64,000 nt of DNA from Candidatus Micrarchaeota archaeon. Lineage in GTDB: Archaea > Micrarchaeota > Micrarchaeia > Micrarchaeales > CABMGC01. The notes beneath the pieces were generated by a model. The model did not search any database, had not been told where the DNA came from, and saw only the letters and a list, made by a program, of their open reading frames with translations. The DNA lies in the NCBI GenBank assembly GCA_021804105.1, contig JAJZKP010000002.1, positions 6,899 through 70,898 of the forward strand, in the 5' to 3' direction. Positions 25,684 to 35,319 of the stretch are shown here, in pieces (position 1 is the first letter of the stretch; each line of letters opens with the position of its first letter). The position numbers and the translations under genes are program-made.

Positions 25684-26853
25684 TTATCTGGAAGCAGTTA
25701 CTATCCTTATCACATCATTATCTTTTAATTTATAATCCTTGGAGAGTCTCATCTTCCTTTTCGCATCAACCGCATATAGCATGCTCTTCGCAAGATCTGT
25801 GTGTATTTTCGACGCAAGCTCCAATGCCGTGGAGCCTTCCTTCATCAATATCGCGTCTGGGAGCACGTTCCCGAAGTGGTCTGTATACTTGTTCTCGTCC
25901 TCTACTGGATATACTACTATGTTCCTCAAGACCCTGAAATATGCAGTGTTCAACGCATCTTGCACTCCTGTGCCGTGATGCTCCTCAACATACTTGAGCA
26001 TGTACCTGAGCGCTTTCTCCTGCTCCGCAGTTGCCTGTTTAGCCATGCTAAAAGAGCTGGATCCTGGAATGTAATCCACCAAGGCCACTTTTGCAGCCTT
26101 CCTTAGGGCAAGTTCTATCGCACCGGAACATCCAATCACAAAACTCCCCGGGAGCTTGTCCTTTAGCGCGGAGAGCCCTGCATCTGTGCCTTTGTCAAGC
26201 TTGTTTGCTGCTATTATCATGGGTTTGTTTATATCCAGGAGCATTGACGAGAAAGCCTTTGCATTAGCCTTGCTCCAGTTGATGTTGGAGAAAGTAAAAG
26301 CCCCTTTCTCCGCAACAGATGAGATCTGCCCAGGCGTGACCCTAAACCCGGAAAGGAGCTCCTCAAGAGCCCTTGCCCCATCCTGCCTTTTCGATAGCTG
26401 TGGCATGTGGCTCACTATTATATCCGAGAGCCACTCTGCAAGCTCGTCCTTTATCATCTCAATTTCCAGTAAAGGGTCGCAGCCGTTGCACGGCTTTCCC
26501 TCAACATCAGTTCCACCGCTGATATCAACAACCTGTATCAGCGCATCAGCTCCTACCAGATCCCCGAGGAACTGGTTGCCCATCCCCTTCCCCAAGTGCG
26601 CCCCAGGGACCAGACCTGCTACATCAATTATGTTTGCAGGTATCATGCGTATGCCATCCCTGCAAGCAGAGTTCCTGGGTTTGCAGGTCACTCCGAGCTC
26701 TTTATGCACGCACTCTCTGGTGACGTAGCCTACGCCCACATTCGGTCTTATTGTAGTGAACGGATAGTCGGCTATCTCCGCATCTGCCATGGTCAGGGCA
26801 GAGAATATTGTGCTCTTCCCCTTGTTCGGAGCCCCTATTATGCCTACAAGCAT
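25684..26853 (-). CDS. Obg-family GTPase, YchF/YGR210-like archaeal subfamily with C-terminal TGS domain
   Basis: G1 GIIGAPNKGKST, G2 YPFTTIRPNVG, G3 DVAGLVPGAH, TGS-like LKDNDVIRIV. The ORF-track start at 27033 would overlap the divergent gene, so the ATG at 26853 (MLVGIIG) is used. Confidence 0.9.
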   Translation of the reverse strand: MLVGIIGAPNKGKSTIFSALTMADAEIADYPFTTIRPNVGVGYVTRECVHKELGVTCKPRNSACRDGIRMIPANIIDVAGLVPGAHLGKGMGNQFLGDLVGADALIQVVDISGGTDVEGKPCNGCDPLLEIEMIKDELAEWLSDIIVSHMPQLSKRQDGARALEELLSGFRVTPGQISSVAEKGAFTFSNINWSKANAKAFSSMLLDINKPMIIAANKLDKGTDAGLSALKDKLPGSFVIGCSGAIELALRKAAKVALVDYIPGSSSFSMAKQATAEQEKALRYMLKYVEEHHGTGVQDALNTAYFRVLRNIVVYPVEDENKYTDHFGNVLPDAILMKEGSTALELASKIHTDLAKSMLYAVDAKRKMRLSKDYKLKDNDVIRIVTASR

Positions 26854-26914
26854 GCGATCACGTGCAGGCGAGACAGAGCAAATACTTAAAAGAAGCCTGC
26901 GATAACTGGATATT

Positions 26915-27499
26915 ATGCTCGCAAGAAGATATAATAGCGTATTAGTCTCCGGGTCCTCATGCTCTGGAAAGACATCACTATTAGAAGCTCTGGCAGAGAA
27001 AACAGGCTGGAAGACATTCTCCATTCGCGACATGATAAGGGAGCGTTGGCTCAGTCAGCCACAGGAGAACAGGATCAGTTTTGAGCAGTTCTGCAGGAAA
27101 CTTTCCCATGCTGAAATATTGCGTATGACGGCCAAGGCAAGCGAGCTTGCTAAGAAAGGAGACATAATCATAGATGCTATATATCCTGTAGGATACCCAG
27201 AAACAACGCTTAAGGTCTACATATGGGCCAGCCCAGAAGCCCGATCTGAGCGCATCAAGTTGCACCCGGAATATGCAGGACTGACGCATGCGGAGAGAAT
27301 CAAAACCCTCAGGCAGCTTGAGAGGGACAGCGTAGATACCGGAATGATCCTTTTCGGCATAGACTACAGGGATGCAGCCCACTACTATGTAAAATTAAGG
27401 ACGGAGCACATCTCAACAGAAGAAATAGCCAACATGCTTGCCGGACCGCTCCAACTAAGGTGGCTTGCCAGAGCTGCAGAAACCACCACAGCTAAATAA
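26915..27499 (+). CDS. P-loop nucleotide kinase (cytidylate kinase-like)
   Basis: Walker A VSGSSCSGKTS. About 190 aa, with size and layout like archaeal CMP/AMP kinases. Substrate not assignable. Confidence 0.65.
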   Translation: MLARRYNSVLVSGSSCSGKTSLLEALAEKTGWKTFSIRDMIRERWLSQPQENRISFEQFCRKLSHAEILRMTAKASELAKKGDIIIDAIYPVGYPETTLKVYIWASPEARSERIKLHPEYAGLTHAERIKTLRQLERDSVDTGMILFGIDYRDAAHYYVKLRTEHISTEEIANMLAGPLQLRWLARAAETTTAK

Positions 27500-27533
27500 T
27501 TATCTGGTCCATAATAACTGGAAACTTATTATT

Positions 27534-27620
27534 GCAGGGGTGGCGGAGCTTGGTCAAACGCGACGGGTTCAGGGCCCGCTTCCTTTAGTGGATGCGAGAG
27601 TTCAAATCTCTCCCCCTGCA
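27534..27620 (+). tRNA. tRNA-Leu (anticodon CAG), type II with long variable arm
   Basis: Acceptor GCAGGGG/CCCCTGC, anticodon loop TTCAGGG, long variable arm, T-arm GAGAG-TTCAAAT-CTCTC, discriminator A. 87 nt. Confidence 0.88.
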
Positions 27621-27822
27621 TACTCTGATCGCCTCCAGTAGCGCGTTGGGGTCAAGGCAGCCTCCCAGTCGCATTTCATTTATTATAATAAAGGCAATTA
27701 GTTACACGTGTGCGCATTATGCGAGCTGGGTAGCTATATAAAGTTATGTAGGCCAAATATCTGATGATAATGCATAGAGTAAACGCGCATTATCAGAAAG
27801 GCTAATTCCTTAGCTGGTTAAG

Positions 27823-28980
27823 ATGGCTTTACCGAACATATACAAAAGCAAGAACCTGAAATTTTTCGTTGCGATTCCGTTCGCCCTATTGGTAATCAGC
27901 GTGCTTATCTCGCCCAGACTTGTGCTTGACTCTTCGCTTGCCGGAGGAGCTATAGTAACCATAGCATCAAATACCACTCTCTCATCGCAACAGATAGCTT
28001 CTGAGGTCAGCAGTGCGTTGCACGTGCCATCACCATCAGTGATAAAGAGCCCAGGCACCGTAACCATAACAATATCTGCTAACAGCAGCATATCCAATGC
28101 GTATGATGATCTTATAGCCTTTTCAGAAAACCAATCCTTATACGGCACATACTACGCAAATTATACTGCAGCATCGATAGCACTCAAGAATTCCACCAAC
28201 GCAACAGCTTCAGCGAGCCTTGCACGAGCGCAGGCTGGAATGTCAGGAACCCTTGCAAATATGGACACATCTCTTTCCAACGAGCTCTCCTCGCTTAAAT
28301 CCTTCATCCCCTCACCAGCATACAACAGCAGCAATCCTACGGAGATGGGCATCATAGCGCAGGACTCCTACACAAACGCAAGCCTCGTCTACCAGCAGGG
28401 CGTAATCGGCAAGCTCAATGCGATTGTGCCATCATCCACGCAGCCTTCGTATGAGCCTACCGCGCCACAGGAGGGAAAAGCCTTCCTGTCTTCCCTTGAG
28501 CAGATCATAGTAGTCGCCTTCATACTTGTCTCGATAGTTGTGTTCATAATATTCAGGTCCATAGTTCCGTCCCTAACCGTAATTTTCGGAGCTGCAAATG
28601 ACATAATAATAGCAATAGGTGCAATGGCACTGTTCGGCATACCATTGGGCATAGCCAGCATAGGCGGATTGCTGATGCTGATGGGCTACGCTATTGATAC
28701 TGATGTCCTGACCTCTATCAGGATTCTCAAGAGGCATGAGGGCACTCCAGAAGAACGGGCTTTCTCGTCAATGAAGACGGGAATGACGATGACAGGCGCC
28801 GCCATAGCATCATTTGCCGTACTATTCGTGGTCTCGTTCGTCGCATACATACCTACATATTACGAGATATCCGGAGTGGTGCTATTCGGACTCATAGGCG
28901 ACCTGGCCACTACGTGGCTTGGCAATGCCTCATTGATTCTGATGTATGTTAAAAGAAAGGAGAAGGTAGGATCCAAATGA
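27823..28980 (+). CDS. secF: Protein-export membrane protein SecF
   Basis: C-terminal 6-TM block with FGAANDIIIAIGAMALFGIPLGIASIGGLLMLMGYAIDTDVL. Long sequon-rich extracytoplasmic loop. Confidence 0.85.
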   Translation: MALPNIYKSKNLKFFVAIPFALLVISVLISPRLVLDSSLAGGAIVTIASNTTLSSQQIASEVSSALHVPSPSVIKSPGTVTITISANSSISNAYDDLIAFSENQSLYGTYYANYTAASIALKNSTNATASASLARAQAGMSGTLANMDTSLSNELSSLKSFIPSPAYNSSNPTEMGIIAQDSYTNASLVYQQGVIGKLNAIVPSSTQPSYEPTAPQEGKAFLSSLEQIIVVAFILVSIVVFIIFRSIVPSLTVIFGAANDIIIAIGAMALFGIPLGIASIGGLLMLMGYAIDTDVLTSIRILKRHEGTPEERAFSSMKTGMTMTGAAIASFAVLFVVSFVAYIPTYYEISGVVLFGLIGDLATTWLGNASLILMYVKRKEKVGSK

Positions 28981-30584
28981 GCATAGTTGAGTATATCAAA
29001 GAACCAAGGATTCTTGCATTCATACTGATAGTGCTGCTATTCGCTGGCCTTGACGCTGTATATGGCATACATCTGGGGCTTGAATTCTCCGGGGGCGTGC
29101 AGATACCACTTACATTGGAACATCCTGCGAGTCCGCAGAACATGAGCCTTCTTATAAGCATAATTTCACAGCGTATCTCATCATTCGGACTCGCAAATCC
29201 CTCAGTGCAGAGCCAAGGGAACTCCCAGATAGTAATACAGATGTCCAATGCGACGCAGAGCACAATACAGAGTACAATAAAGGTCATACAGAGCCAAGGA
29301 ATATTCCAGGGCATAGTGGCGGGAAAGGAGGCCATTAACGGCAGCGGCATCATCGGAAGCAGCGTCGCCCCTGCGCCGCTCTCCATAAGCGGATCCAACG
29401 TCACATGGATAGTGAACTTCTATGTTACCCCTTCTGCAGCTGCCCGTTTCGCCAAGGTAGCATACGGCCAATCAAACCAGCCGCTGTACCTGTTCCTAGA
29501 CAGGCCTACTAATGCCATTGTCCTGCTAAACGAGTCGCAAATACCTATTATATCCGGAGCCACGCTAACCAGCGAGCAGATAGCCATGGAGAAAGCCGCT
29601 GCATTAGGCAACCGAACCATATCCATTCAGTTCCTTACAGCAAACGCATCCAATTGGGGATCATTATACACAATATTCAAAGCAGACAGGGGGAGATACA
29701 GCCAAGTAATACTCTCGAATGACACGCCAGGTTTCATAATAAGCAACCTGACTGGCCTCAATTACACGGTAGTGAGGAAGAATGCTGCAAACATGACGCC
29801 GCAGATAGTACTAACGAGCTCAAACTCGCTAATCACCGCAGGCGCGCCGCTAGTCGACTCATGGACGGCCATAGGGCTGCTCTCCTCTCCGCTTCTCAAC
29901 CCTGGCGTTACCGGCGGCACCATAAGCCAGAGCTATGAAATCGATGGCCCCGCTCCCTCAAACATGACTTTCTCGCAGAAGGTAAATTACGCTAATAACG
30001 AGTCGCGCACCATATCCAGCATACTCAAAGGCGGTGCCCTCCCAACACCTGTAATAGTAGGCACGCCCACTATAGTGCCACCTACCCTTGGAAAGAATGC
30101 CGAAATAATAAGCGGCGTAGCTGCTATACTGGCAGTCATAGCTGTAACCATAGTGATAGTGGTAAGGTACAAGAAGATCTTCCTGATCGGCCCGATTATT
30201 CTAACCACACTCGGCGAGTTATTCATCATAGCATCGATACTCGGGCTTGTTGGAGGAATAGACCTTGCAGCAGTAGCAGGCATGATTGCTGTGGTCGGAA
30301 CAGGGGTTGACGCCCAGATCATAATCTCCGACGAATTGCTGGTGCAGCACACAGAGTCAAGCACTCCCAAGACAAAACTATCCCGGGCTTTCTATGTAGT
30401 CTGGGCAGATGCTGCCCTGCTCAGCATAGCGATGATGCCGCTGCTTTTCTCCACGGGCCTGCTGACGGTTATAGGATTTTCCGAATCTACGCTCATAGGG
30501 GCTATATTCGGGGCCGTGATCACAAGGCCTGCATACGGAAGCATACTCAGTAAACATCTTTCAAAGGGTCCATCGAATGCCTAG
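28977..30584 (+). CDS. secD: Protein-export membrane protein SecD
   Basis: N-terminal TM plus GLEFSGGVQIPL, and a C-terminal TM block (GMIAVVGTGVDAQIIISDE). ATGA overlap with secF. Confidence 0.85.
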   Translation: MSIVEYIKEPRILAFILIVLLFAGLDAVYGIHLGLEFSGGVQIPLTLEHPASPQNMSLLISIISQRISSFGLANPSVQSQGNSQIVIQMSNATQSTIQSTIKVIQSQGIFQGIVAGKEAINGSGIIGSSVAPAPLSISGSNVTWIVNFYVTPSAAARFAKVAYGQSNQPLYLFLDRPTNAIVLLNESQIPIISGATLTSEQIAMEKAAALGNRTISIQFLTANASNWGSLYTIFKADRGRYSQVILSNDTPGFIISNLTGLNYTVVRKNAANMTPQIVLTSSNSLITAGAPLVDSWTAIGLLSSPLLNPGVTGGTISQSYEIDGPAPSNMTFSQKVNYANNESRTISSILKGGALPTPVIVGTPTIVPPTLGKNAEIISGVAAILAVIAVTIVIVVRYKKIFLIGPIILTTLGELFIIASILGLVGGIDLAAVAGMIAVVGTGVDAQIIISDELLVQHTESSTPKTKLSRAFYVVWADAALLSIAMMPLLFSTGLLTVIGFSESTLIGAIFGAVITRPAYGSILSKHLSKGPSNA

Positions 30585-31212
30585 GCACTGCGCTACATGC
30601 AGCAGGACTGAATCGGAAGCCAAGTTCTACGGCGACTTCTGCGAATTCTGCATGAAGGACAAGATATTCAACGGCCTTCCTGAGGAGATCGAGATAAGGA
30701 CATGCAAGCGCTGCGAGCGCATATGGACCGGTACCAGGTTCACTGCACCGACAAAGAAAGCCGTAGACGAGGCCCTGCATCTCCGCCTAAAAGGCTACTC
30801 GATAGATGTAAAGGAGTACAGTGGCGATACGGTTACTGTCAAACTTGGAAAAGACCTCAGGGACGGCATCATAACCACAGAGAAATCTCTCAAGGTCAAG
30901 CAGGACAGGGTAGTATGCGGTGATTGCTACAAAAGGGCAAGCGGGTACTGGGAAGCATGCATACAGCTGCGCGGCGGCGAGGCAAGAGTGGCAAAGACGG
31001 CAGAAAGGATAGAGAAATACATCGGGCATACCGGAGCATTCATAACGAAATCAGAGAACGCGCCAAACGGCATAGACATATACGTCAGCAACAAGAAGAC
31101 TGTAAACGAGATGATCCTCTATTTTCACATGAAGCCCATAACGACATACACGCTTTATGGCGTCAAGCAGGGGAGGCGGGTTTACAGGAATACGTATTCT
31201 ATACACATGTGA
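30577..31212 (+). CDS. NMD3-family protein (archaeal short form)
   Basis: CxxC pairs CATC..CEFC, CKRCERIW, CGDCYKRASGYWEACIQLRG typical of the NMD3 N-terminal zinc domain. Start overlaps the secD stop by 8 nt. Confidence 0.75.
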   Translation: MPRHCATCSRTESEAKFYGDFCEFCMKDKIFNGLPEEIEIRTCKRCERIWTGTRFTAPTKKAVDEALHLRLKGYSIDVKEYSGDTVTVKLGKDLRDGIITTEKSLKVKQDRVVCGDCYKRASGYWEACIQLRGGEARVAKTAERIEKYIGHTGAFITKSENAPNGIDIYVSNKKTVNEMILYFHMKPITTYTLYGVKQGRRVYRNTYSIHM

Positions 31213-31271
31213 GTCTTGAGAATAGATTAAAATAGTAGAAAAGCACAATTTTCAAGTGCGGTAGAGAGTCG

Positions 31272-32696
31272 ATGAGGAGCTATACACTACTCTTATTTGC
31301 AATATTATCAATAGCCGTGCCTGCAACGAGCGCGTTTGGCATGGGCCAGGTCTACTCTGCAAATTCCGGCACGTGCGTCATGTCATCACACGGGAACCTG
31401 ACCTGCATGGATGGCAAGCCAATAGTACTTGGTATATCGCTTACTGCGCAGCAATACCCATATTACTTCTACGGTAATTTTACGGCCCGCGTGCCTCTAG
31501 GATCGGATTACTGGGATCCAGTTAATGTATATGGGGATCCGTGCATAGTGCCCAGCAGCAGCACGACCGTGTGCTTCCTGACGCTACCCCAGATACCTCT
31601 TACCGCATTGAACGGCACAGTCACAAGGAACGTAACACTGATAATCCAATCAAACGCTTACCCGCAAATAAATTTCACCGTAAGCTCAAATATAGTCATA
31701 AATCACTATGTGAATGCAACTACTTACAAAGCTGTCAGTTTCTACAACCAGACCATGAGTGACTACAATAAAATCAATCCCGTTTATGAATATTTCTGTA
31801 TCTCCTACAAGATATGCAACAGCTCCATTGGCACTTCCTTATCATATGCAGGTACAAGGCTTTCCGGAGCTACGACATACCTCGGCAACGGCGAAATAGA
31901 ACCTGCATACGCGGATGCTATAGCTGCAAACCTAAGCCTGCAGAGCGTCTACGGGTCTTTCAACGCCTTCAGTTCAATGGCTAACCTGATCGTAAACAAC
32001 AACCTCAAGGCTCAGGATCTTGCGACAAATGCAACGGTGCAGTTCAAGCTCAATCAGCCTGCATTGTACAAGTGTAATCCAGCCCTGTCGAAAAGGCTTA
32101 ATGCGAGTATAAACGCGCTCAAGGCATTTCCAATAATAAATACCACTACAGCTTCAGCCGAATATCTACAAACAGCCAATGCGACCCAGAAGAATGTTAC
32201 TGCAGCTATAAAAAGCTGCGCCACCGCAACAACTTCATCAAGCGGCACCCTGGGCCTGTTCTCCGGGCAATCGATTTCTGGGAAGGGCGCGGCTATACCT
32301 GTAGGTTATCTGCTCATGCTACCTGTACTTGTGATAGCACTATACCTGGTCATAAGGATAAGGGAAACAAGGGAAGCGCAGAAACTCCGCGACGCTGCAA
32401 ATACAAATGACAATGAGAAATTCACCTCTGCAGGAATGCTCTCATCGGATACAGGCAAAGATGGCGATTCTGATCTGCCACCAGAGGATCCTGCTATGAA
32501 TGAGAAGCCTGTAACCGAAACAAAACCAACAGCAGAAGTGAAACCAGAACCTCCGCAACAGAGCTCATATGTACCGCCACCTACTGCCCTAAACCCATCA
32601 CAGGCAATCTCGTTCCCCGCCGCACCGCCAAAGCCCAAGCCCGGAAAGAAGACTGCAAAGAAACCCAAGCCTGGGCAAAACGCCAAGGATAAATGA
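31272..32696 (+). CDS. Secreted/surface glycoprotein with signal peptide, C-terminal TM anchor and Pro/Lys-rich cytoplasmic tail
   Basis: Signal peptide MRSYTLLLFAILSIAVPATSAFG, many sequons, TM IPVGYLLMLPVLVIALYLVI, tail ...PPKPKPGKKTAKKPKPGQNAKDK. Confidence 0.72.
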   Translation: MRSYTLLLFAILSIAVPATSAFGMGQVYSANSGTCVMSSHGNLTCMDGKPIVLGISLTAQQYPYYFYGNFTARVPLGSDYWDPVNVYGDPCIVPSSSTTVCFLTLPQIPLTALNGTVTRNVTLIIQSNAYPQINFTVSSNIVINHYVNATTYKAVSFYNQTMSDYNKINPVYEYFCISYKICNSSIGTSLSYAGTRLSGATTYLGNGEIEPAYADAIAANLSLQSVYGSFNAFSSMANLIVNNNLKAQDLATNATVQFKLNQPALYKCNPALSKRLNASINALKAFPIINTTTASAEYLQTANATQKNVTAAIKSCATATTSSSGTLGLFSGQSISGKGAAIPVGYLLMLPVLVIALYLVIRIRETREAQKLRDAANTNDNEKFTSAGMLSSDTGKDGDSDLPPEDPAMNEKPVTETKPTAEVKPEPPQQSSYVPPPTALNPSQAISFPAAPPKPKPGKKTAKKPKPGQNAKDK

Positions 32697-32978
32697 GTAT
32701 TTTGCTAATTCCGCAGAGTATTTATATAGTACCTTAAACACTATATTAAAAAGGACTTCAGGCATTTTGTAGCAAAACCTTAAAAAGGCCTGCAGCAATT
32801 ATATACCAAAGGAATTCACATGTCCAATGCAAAGAACTTCCAGAACTCCTTTCACATGTTCAGCGTTGCCCATGTAACTATATTGCAGATAGTACTCTTG
32901 TGGCTGTCTGCATAAAGGCGCACTCTCTTTTTGACGGTCTTTATGCAAATAATAATGGTGAGTTAAAACTTCCAGAAA

Positions 32979-34385
32979 GTGAATAAAATGGCAATGAAAT
33001 CCGCTATGAGAAACGAGAAATACCTGCTTGGCAATTACGATGTGCCCAATACCAGGTTCGAGATTCCCAAAATAGTAATGCAAGCGCCTGATGTATACAG
33101 GGCGCTCCAGGACCCGCACGCAGCCGCTGCAGTTCCGACCAAAGTGCATAAGGAAACGCTTGCTTATCTTGACAAGGCTTACCGGGCTAGAACCGAGAGC
33201 GGCGAATCCCTCTCCGAAAGCCAGCTCGATACGCACGGCAGAATAGTTGACTTACTGAAGTCTGCGTCAAGCGGCGGCAGCTTCAAGTTCGATAAGCTCA
33301 GGGATGACCAGGACATACAGTTCGCACTTGCGATGCTGAGCACTTGGATGAGGGGGACTGGGTGGAGCAAGATCTCGCAATACGACCAGCGCGGCGGCAT
33401 AATACCCGAGCTGCTGGAGAAAGTGCAGGACGGGCTGCCTATTTCGTTCTACATGGCGATGTCCAAGACTGGGCCTTACGAGAGCACAGTAAACACACCA
33501 GACCTCGCGCACCTTCTTCATATGGCCCGGCTAGGCACACTCCTCCAGCTGAAAGGCGGCTCTAAAGAAATCCACATAATAGACGAGTACGAAGGAATAA
33601 AGCAGCTTCCCGGTCTGCTTGTCGATTCACAATTCTGGAAGAGACTTAACTCAGAGGCAAGGCAAAACGTTGCAATGCTCTCTAGCTTTAACAATTCAGA
33701 ATACCGCAAGACATTCATGGCGCTTGTCTCTCCTGTCTTATCTGTAAGTTTCCGTAAGCATCCAAACATACTGGAAGAGGTATTCTACGAAAATATCGGA
33801 CGTTTTGAGACCGACCGTAATGCCCCGGAGCTTGAACAGAAAAGAAGGATGTTTGCAAGAGGCATGCCTCTCCCGCCTGACGAGCTTGTAATACCCCTTT
33901 CCGCATACCTTGAGGGATCGAAGCCCAAGCCTACAGACGCTATACATACCTCACTTATACACCGCGAGGGCGGGCTGCTTCTCGCTCTGACTCACGGATA
34001 TGCCCCCATACACGGTGTCTCTCTGATCTGGCCCTCGAAGAATGGCCACCAGAGGATAGAAACCTTCAGGGAAATTGATATCTTTGCTATGGCCTCAGCT
34101 TTTAAGAACAGTCCTCTATCTGTTTCCGCTGTCTGGATGGCAAGTGGAGATACTGGCCAGAGCTCCGGGAGCGAGCAATTCCTAGGATATGTCGCGCATC
34201 GCAAGTCCAGCGCGCCTACATCAATAGACATAGAGGAGGCGCTCAAAGAAGGCATGAGGGAGTCCTCAATGGCATCCGCATCCGGCGGAGTGCACAACAT
34301 GGCCGACATAGTCTCCAGAATACCTGATCTCACTGACGCACAGAGGGGCAGCATAATCTCAAGGCTTCCCGACCCCAGGCAATGA
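32979..34385 (+). CDS. Hypothetical protein (468 aa), possibly DIT1/PvcA-like
   Basis: GTG at 32979 or ATG at 32988. Segments PISFYMAMSKTGPYES..TPDLAHLL, SKEIHIIDEYEG and AIHTSLIH...APIHGVSL resemble the conserved blocks I recall from PvcA-type enzymes, and also the protein at 35300-36352. Unverified. Confidence 0.7.
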   Translation: MNKMAMKSAMRNEKYLLGNYDVPNTRFEIPKIVMQAPDVYRALQDPHAAAAVPTKVHKETLAYLDKAYRARTESGESLSESQLDTHGRIVDLLKSASSGGSFKFDKLRDDQDIQFALAMLSTWMRGTGWSKISQYDQRGGIIPELLEKVQDGLPISFYMAMSKTGPYESTVNTPDLAHLLHMARLGTLLQLKGGSKEIHIIDEYEGIKQLPGLLVDSQFWKRLNSEARQNVAMLSSFNNSEYRKTFMALVSPVLSVSFRKHPNILEEVFYENIGRFETDRNAPELEQKRRMFARGMPLPPDELVIPLSAYLEGSKPKPTDAIHTSLIHREGGLLLALTHGYAPIHGVSLIWPSKNGHQRIETFREIDIFAMASAFKNSPLSVSAVWMASGDTGQSSGSEQFLGYVAHRKSSAPTSIDIEEALKEGMRESSMASASGGVHNMADIVSRIPDLTDAQRGSIISRLPDPRQ

Positions 34386-34407
34386 CTCTAACAAAGGAAT
34401 GTTGTAA

Positions 34408-35319
34408 ATGCCACGCCTGTATCTTGCAGTTGACATAGGCAAGAGCAAGACGCTAGCTGCGCTAATCCAATCCGATGGAACAATAATCGAGAGAAAGCTT
34501 ATTCCCACTGATCTTTCTGCTGGCGGCAGCAGGGTGATTTCCAACGCAGAGTCTTTGTTAGGCGAGCTTTCGCGCACATCTCCTGAGAGGCCTTCCGGAA
34601 TAGGGGTCTGTACAATAGGCATCGTTGATCCTGCCCTGGGGAAGATACTCAAGAGCTCAATACCTTCCCTGACTGGTGAGAATGTTAAGGAAAGGTTCGA
34701 GAGACGACTAGGCATTCCTGTCTGCGTTGATAACGACCTGAACTGCCCGGGATACGGCGAGTATGTGTTCGGACTAGGCAGGCGTAGCAAGGCATTCGTA
34801 TACTTTACCATATCTACGGGCGCAGGCATATCGACAATTATAGACGGCAATGTATGGCATGGCACTCACAATCTTGCCGGTTTCATAGGCAATGTTGATG
34901 GAATTACGGGAAAATCCGGAAACCAAAGCTTTGAATCTGCATTCAGCGGATCCGGAATAGAGGAAAGCGCTACAAAAGCCTTCGGTACCAAGCTTGCAGC
35001 CAAGGATGTATTCGAGATGTCACGCGGCAACTCTGAAAAGGCTGGAGACGCCCTATCCATTATAAATAGGGCGGTGATGCAGGCCGGAACCATAATAGCG
35101 TTAATCCAGATGACCATAGATCCAGACATGATTGTTGTGGGGGGCAGCGTTGCTGTAAATCAGCCGGATTTTGTGGCACAGATAAAAACCGATGCAGAAA
35201 AACGCATAGGTCCCGGAGCTGTGCAGCTGCCTAATGGAATAAACCTTGTTGTTTCGCGCCTCGGCCAGGACAACGGCATTATCGGTGCAATGGCGATGGT
35301 CAAGCGGAACCTGGAATAG
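34408..35319 (+). CDS. ROK/ASKHA-family sugar-kinase-like protein lacking the zinc motif
   Basis: LAVDIGKSKTLAAL (phosphate 1), VDNDLNCPGYGEY, TISTGAGISTII. AGFIGNVDG replaces the usual GE.GH, and no CxCGxxGC zinc motif is visible. Confidence 0.8.
   Translation: MPRLYLAVDIGKSKTLAALIQSDGTIIERKLIPTDLSAGGSRVISNAESLLGELSRTSPERPSGIGVCTIGIVDPALGKILKSSIPSLTGENVKERFERRLGIPVCVDNDLNCPGYGEYVFGLGRRSKAFVYFTISTGAGISTIIDGNVWHGTHNLAGFIGNVDGITGKSGNQSFESAFSGSGIEESATKAFGTKLAAKDVFEMSRGNSEKAGDALSIINRAVMQAGTIIALIQMTIDPDMIVVGGSVAVNQPDFVAQIKTDAEKRIGPGAVQLPNGINLVVSRLGQDNGIIGAMAMVKRNLE

Noticed and set aside
26156-26728. 190-aa ORF antisense to the GTPase gene
   Set aside because: Shadow ORF inside a gene with clear G1-G3 motifs.
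26854-27033. 60-codon N-terminal extension of the GTPase ORF
   Set aside because: It would overlap the divergent kinase gene start (26915) by more than 100 nt. The conserved G1 motif begins right after the internal ATG at 26853.
27745-27800. CTGATGA heptamer in the tRNA-Leu/secF spacer as a possible C/D box sRNA
   Set aside because: The first base does not fit RUGAUGA. The only downstream candidate is tcaga rather than CTGA, and there are no terminal stem complements.
32799-33236. 145-aa minus-strand ORF spanning the 32.7-33.0 kb spacer and the 5' end of the 468-aa gene
   Set aside because: Cys/His/Phe-rich random-looking translation that overlaps the better-supported plus-strand gene. No start context.
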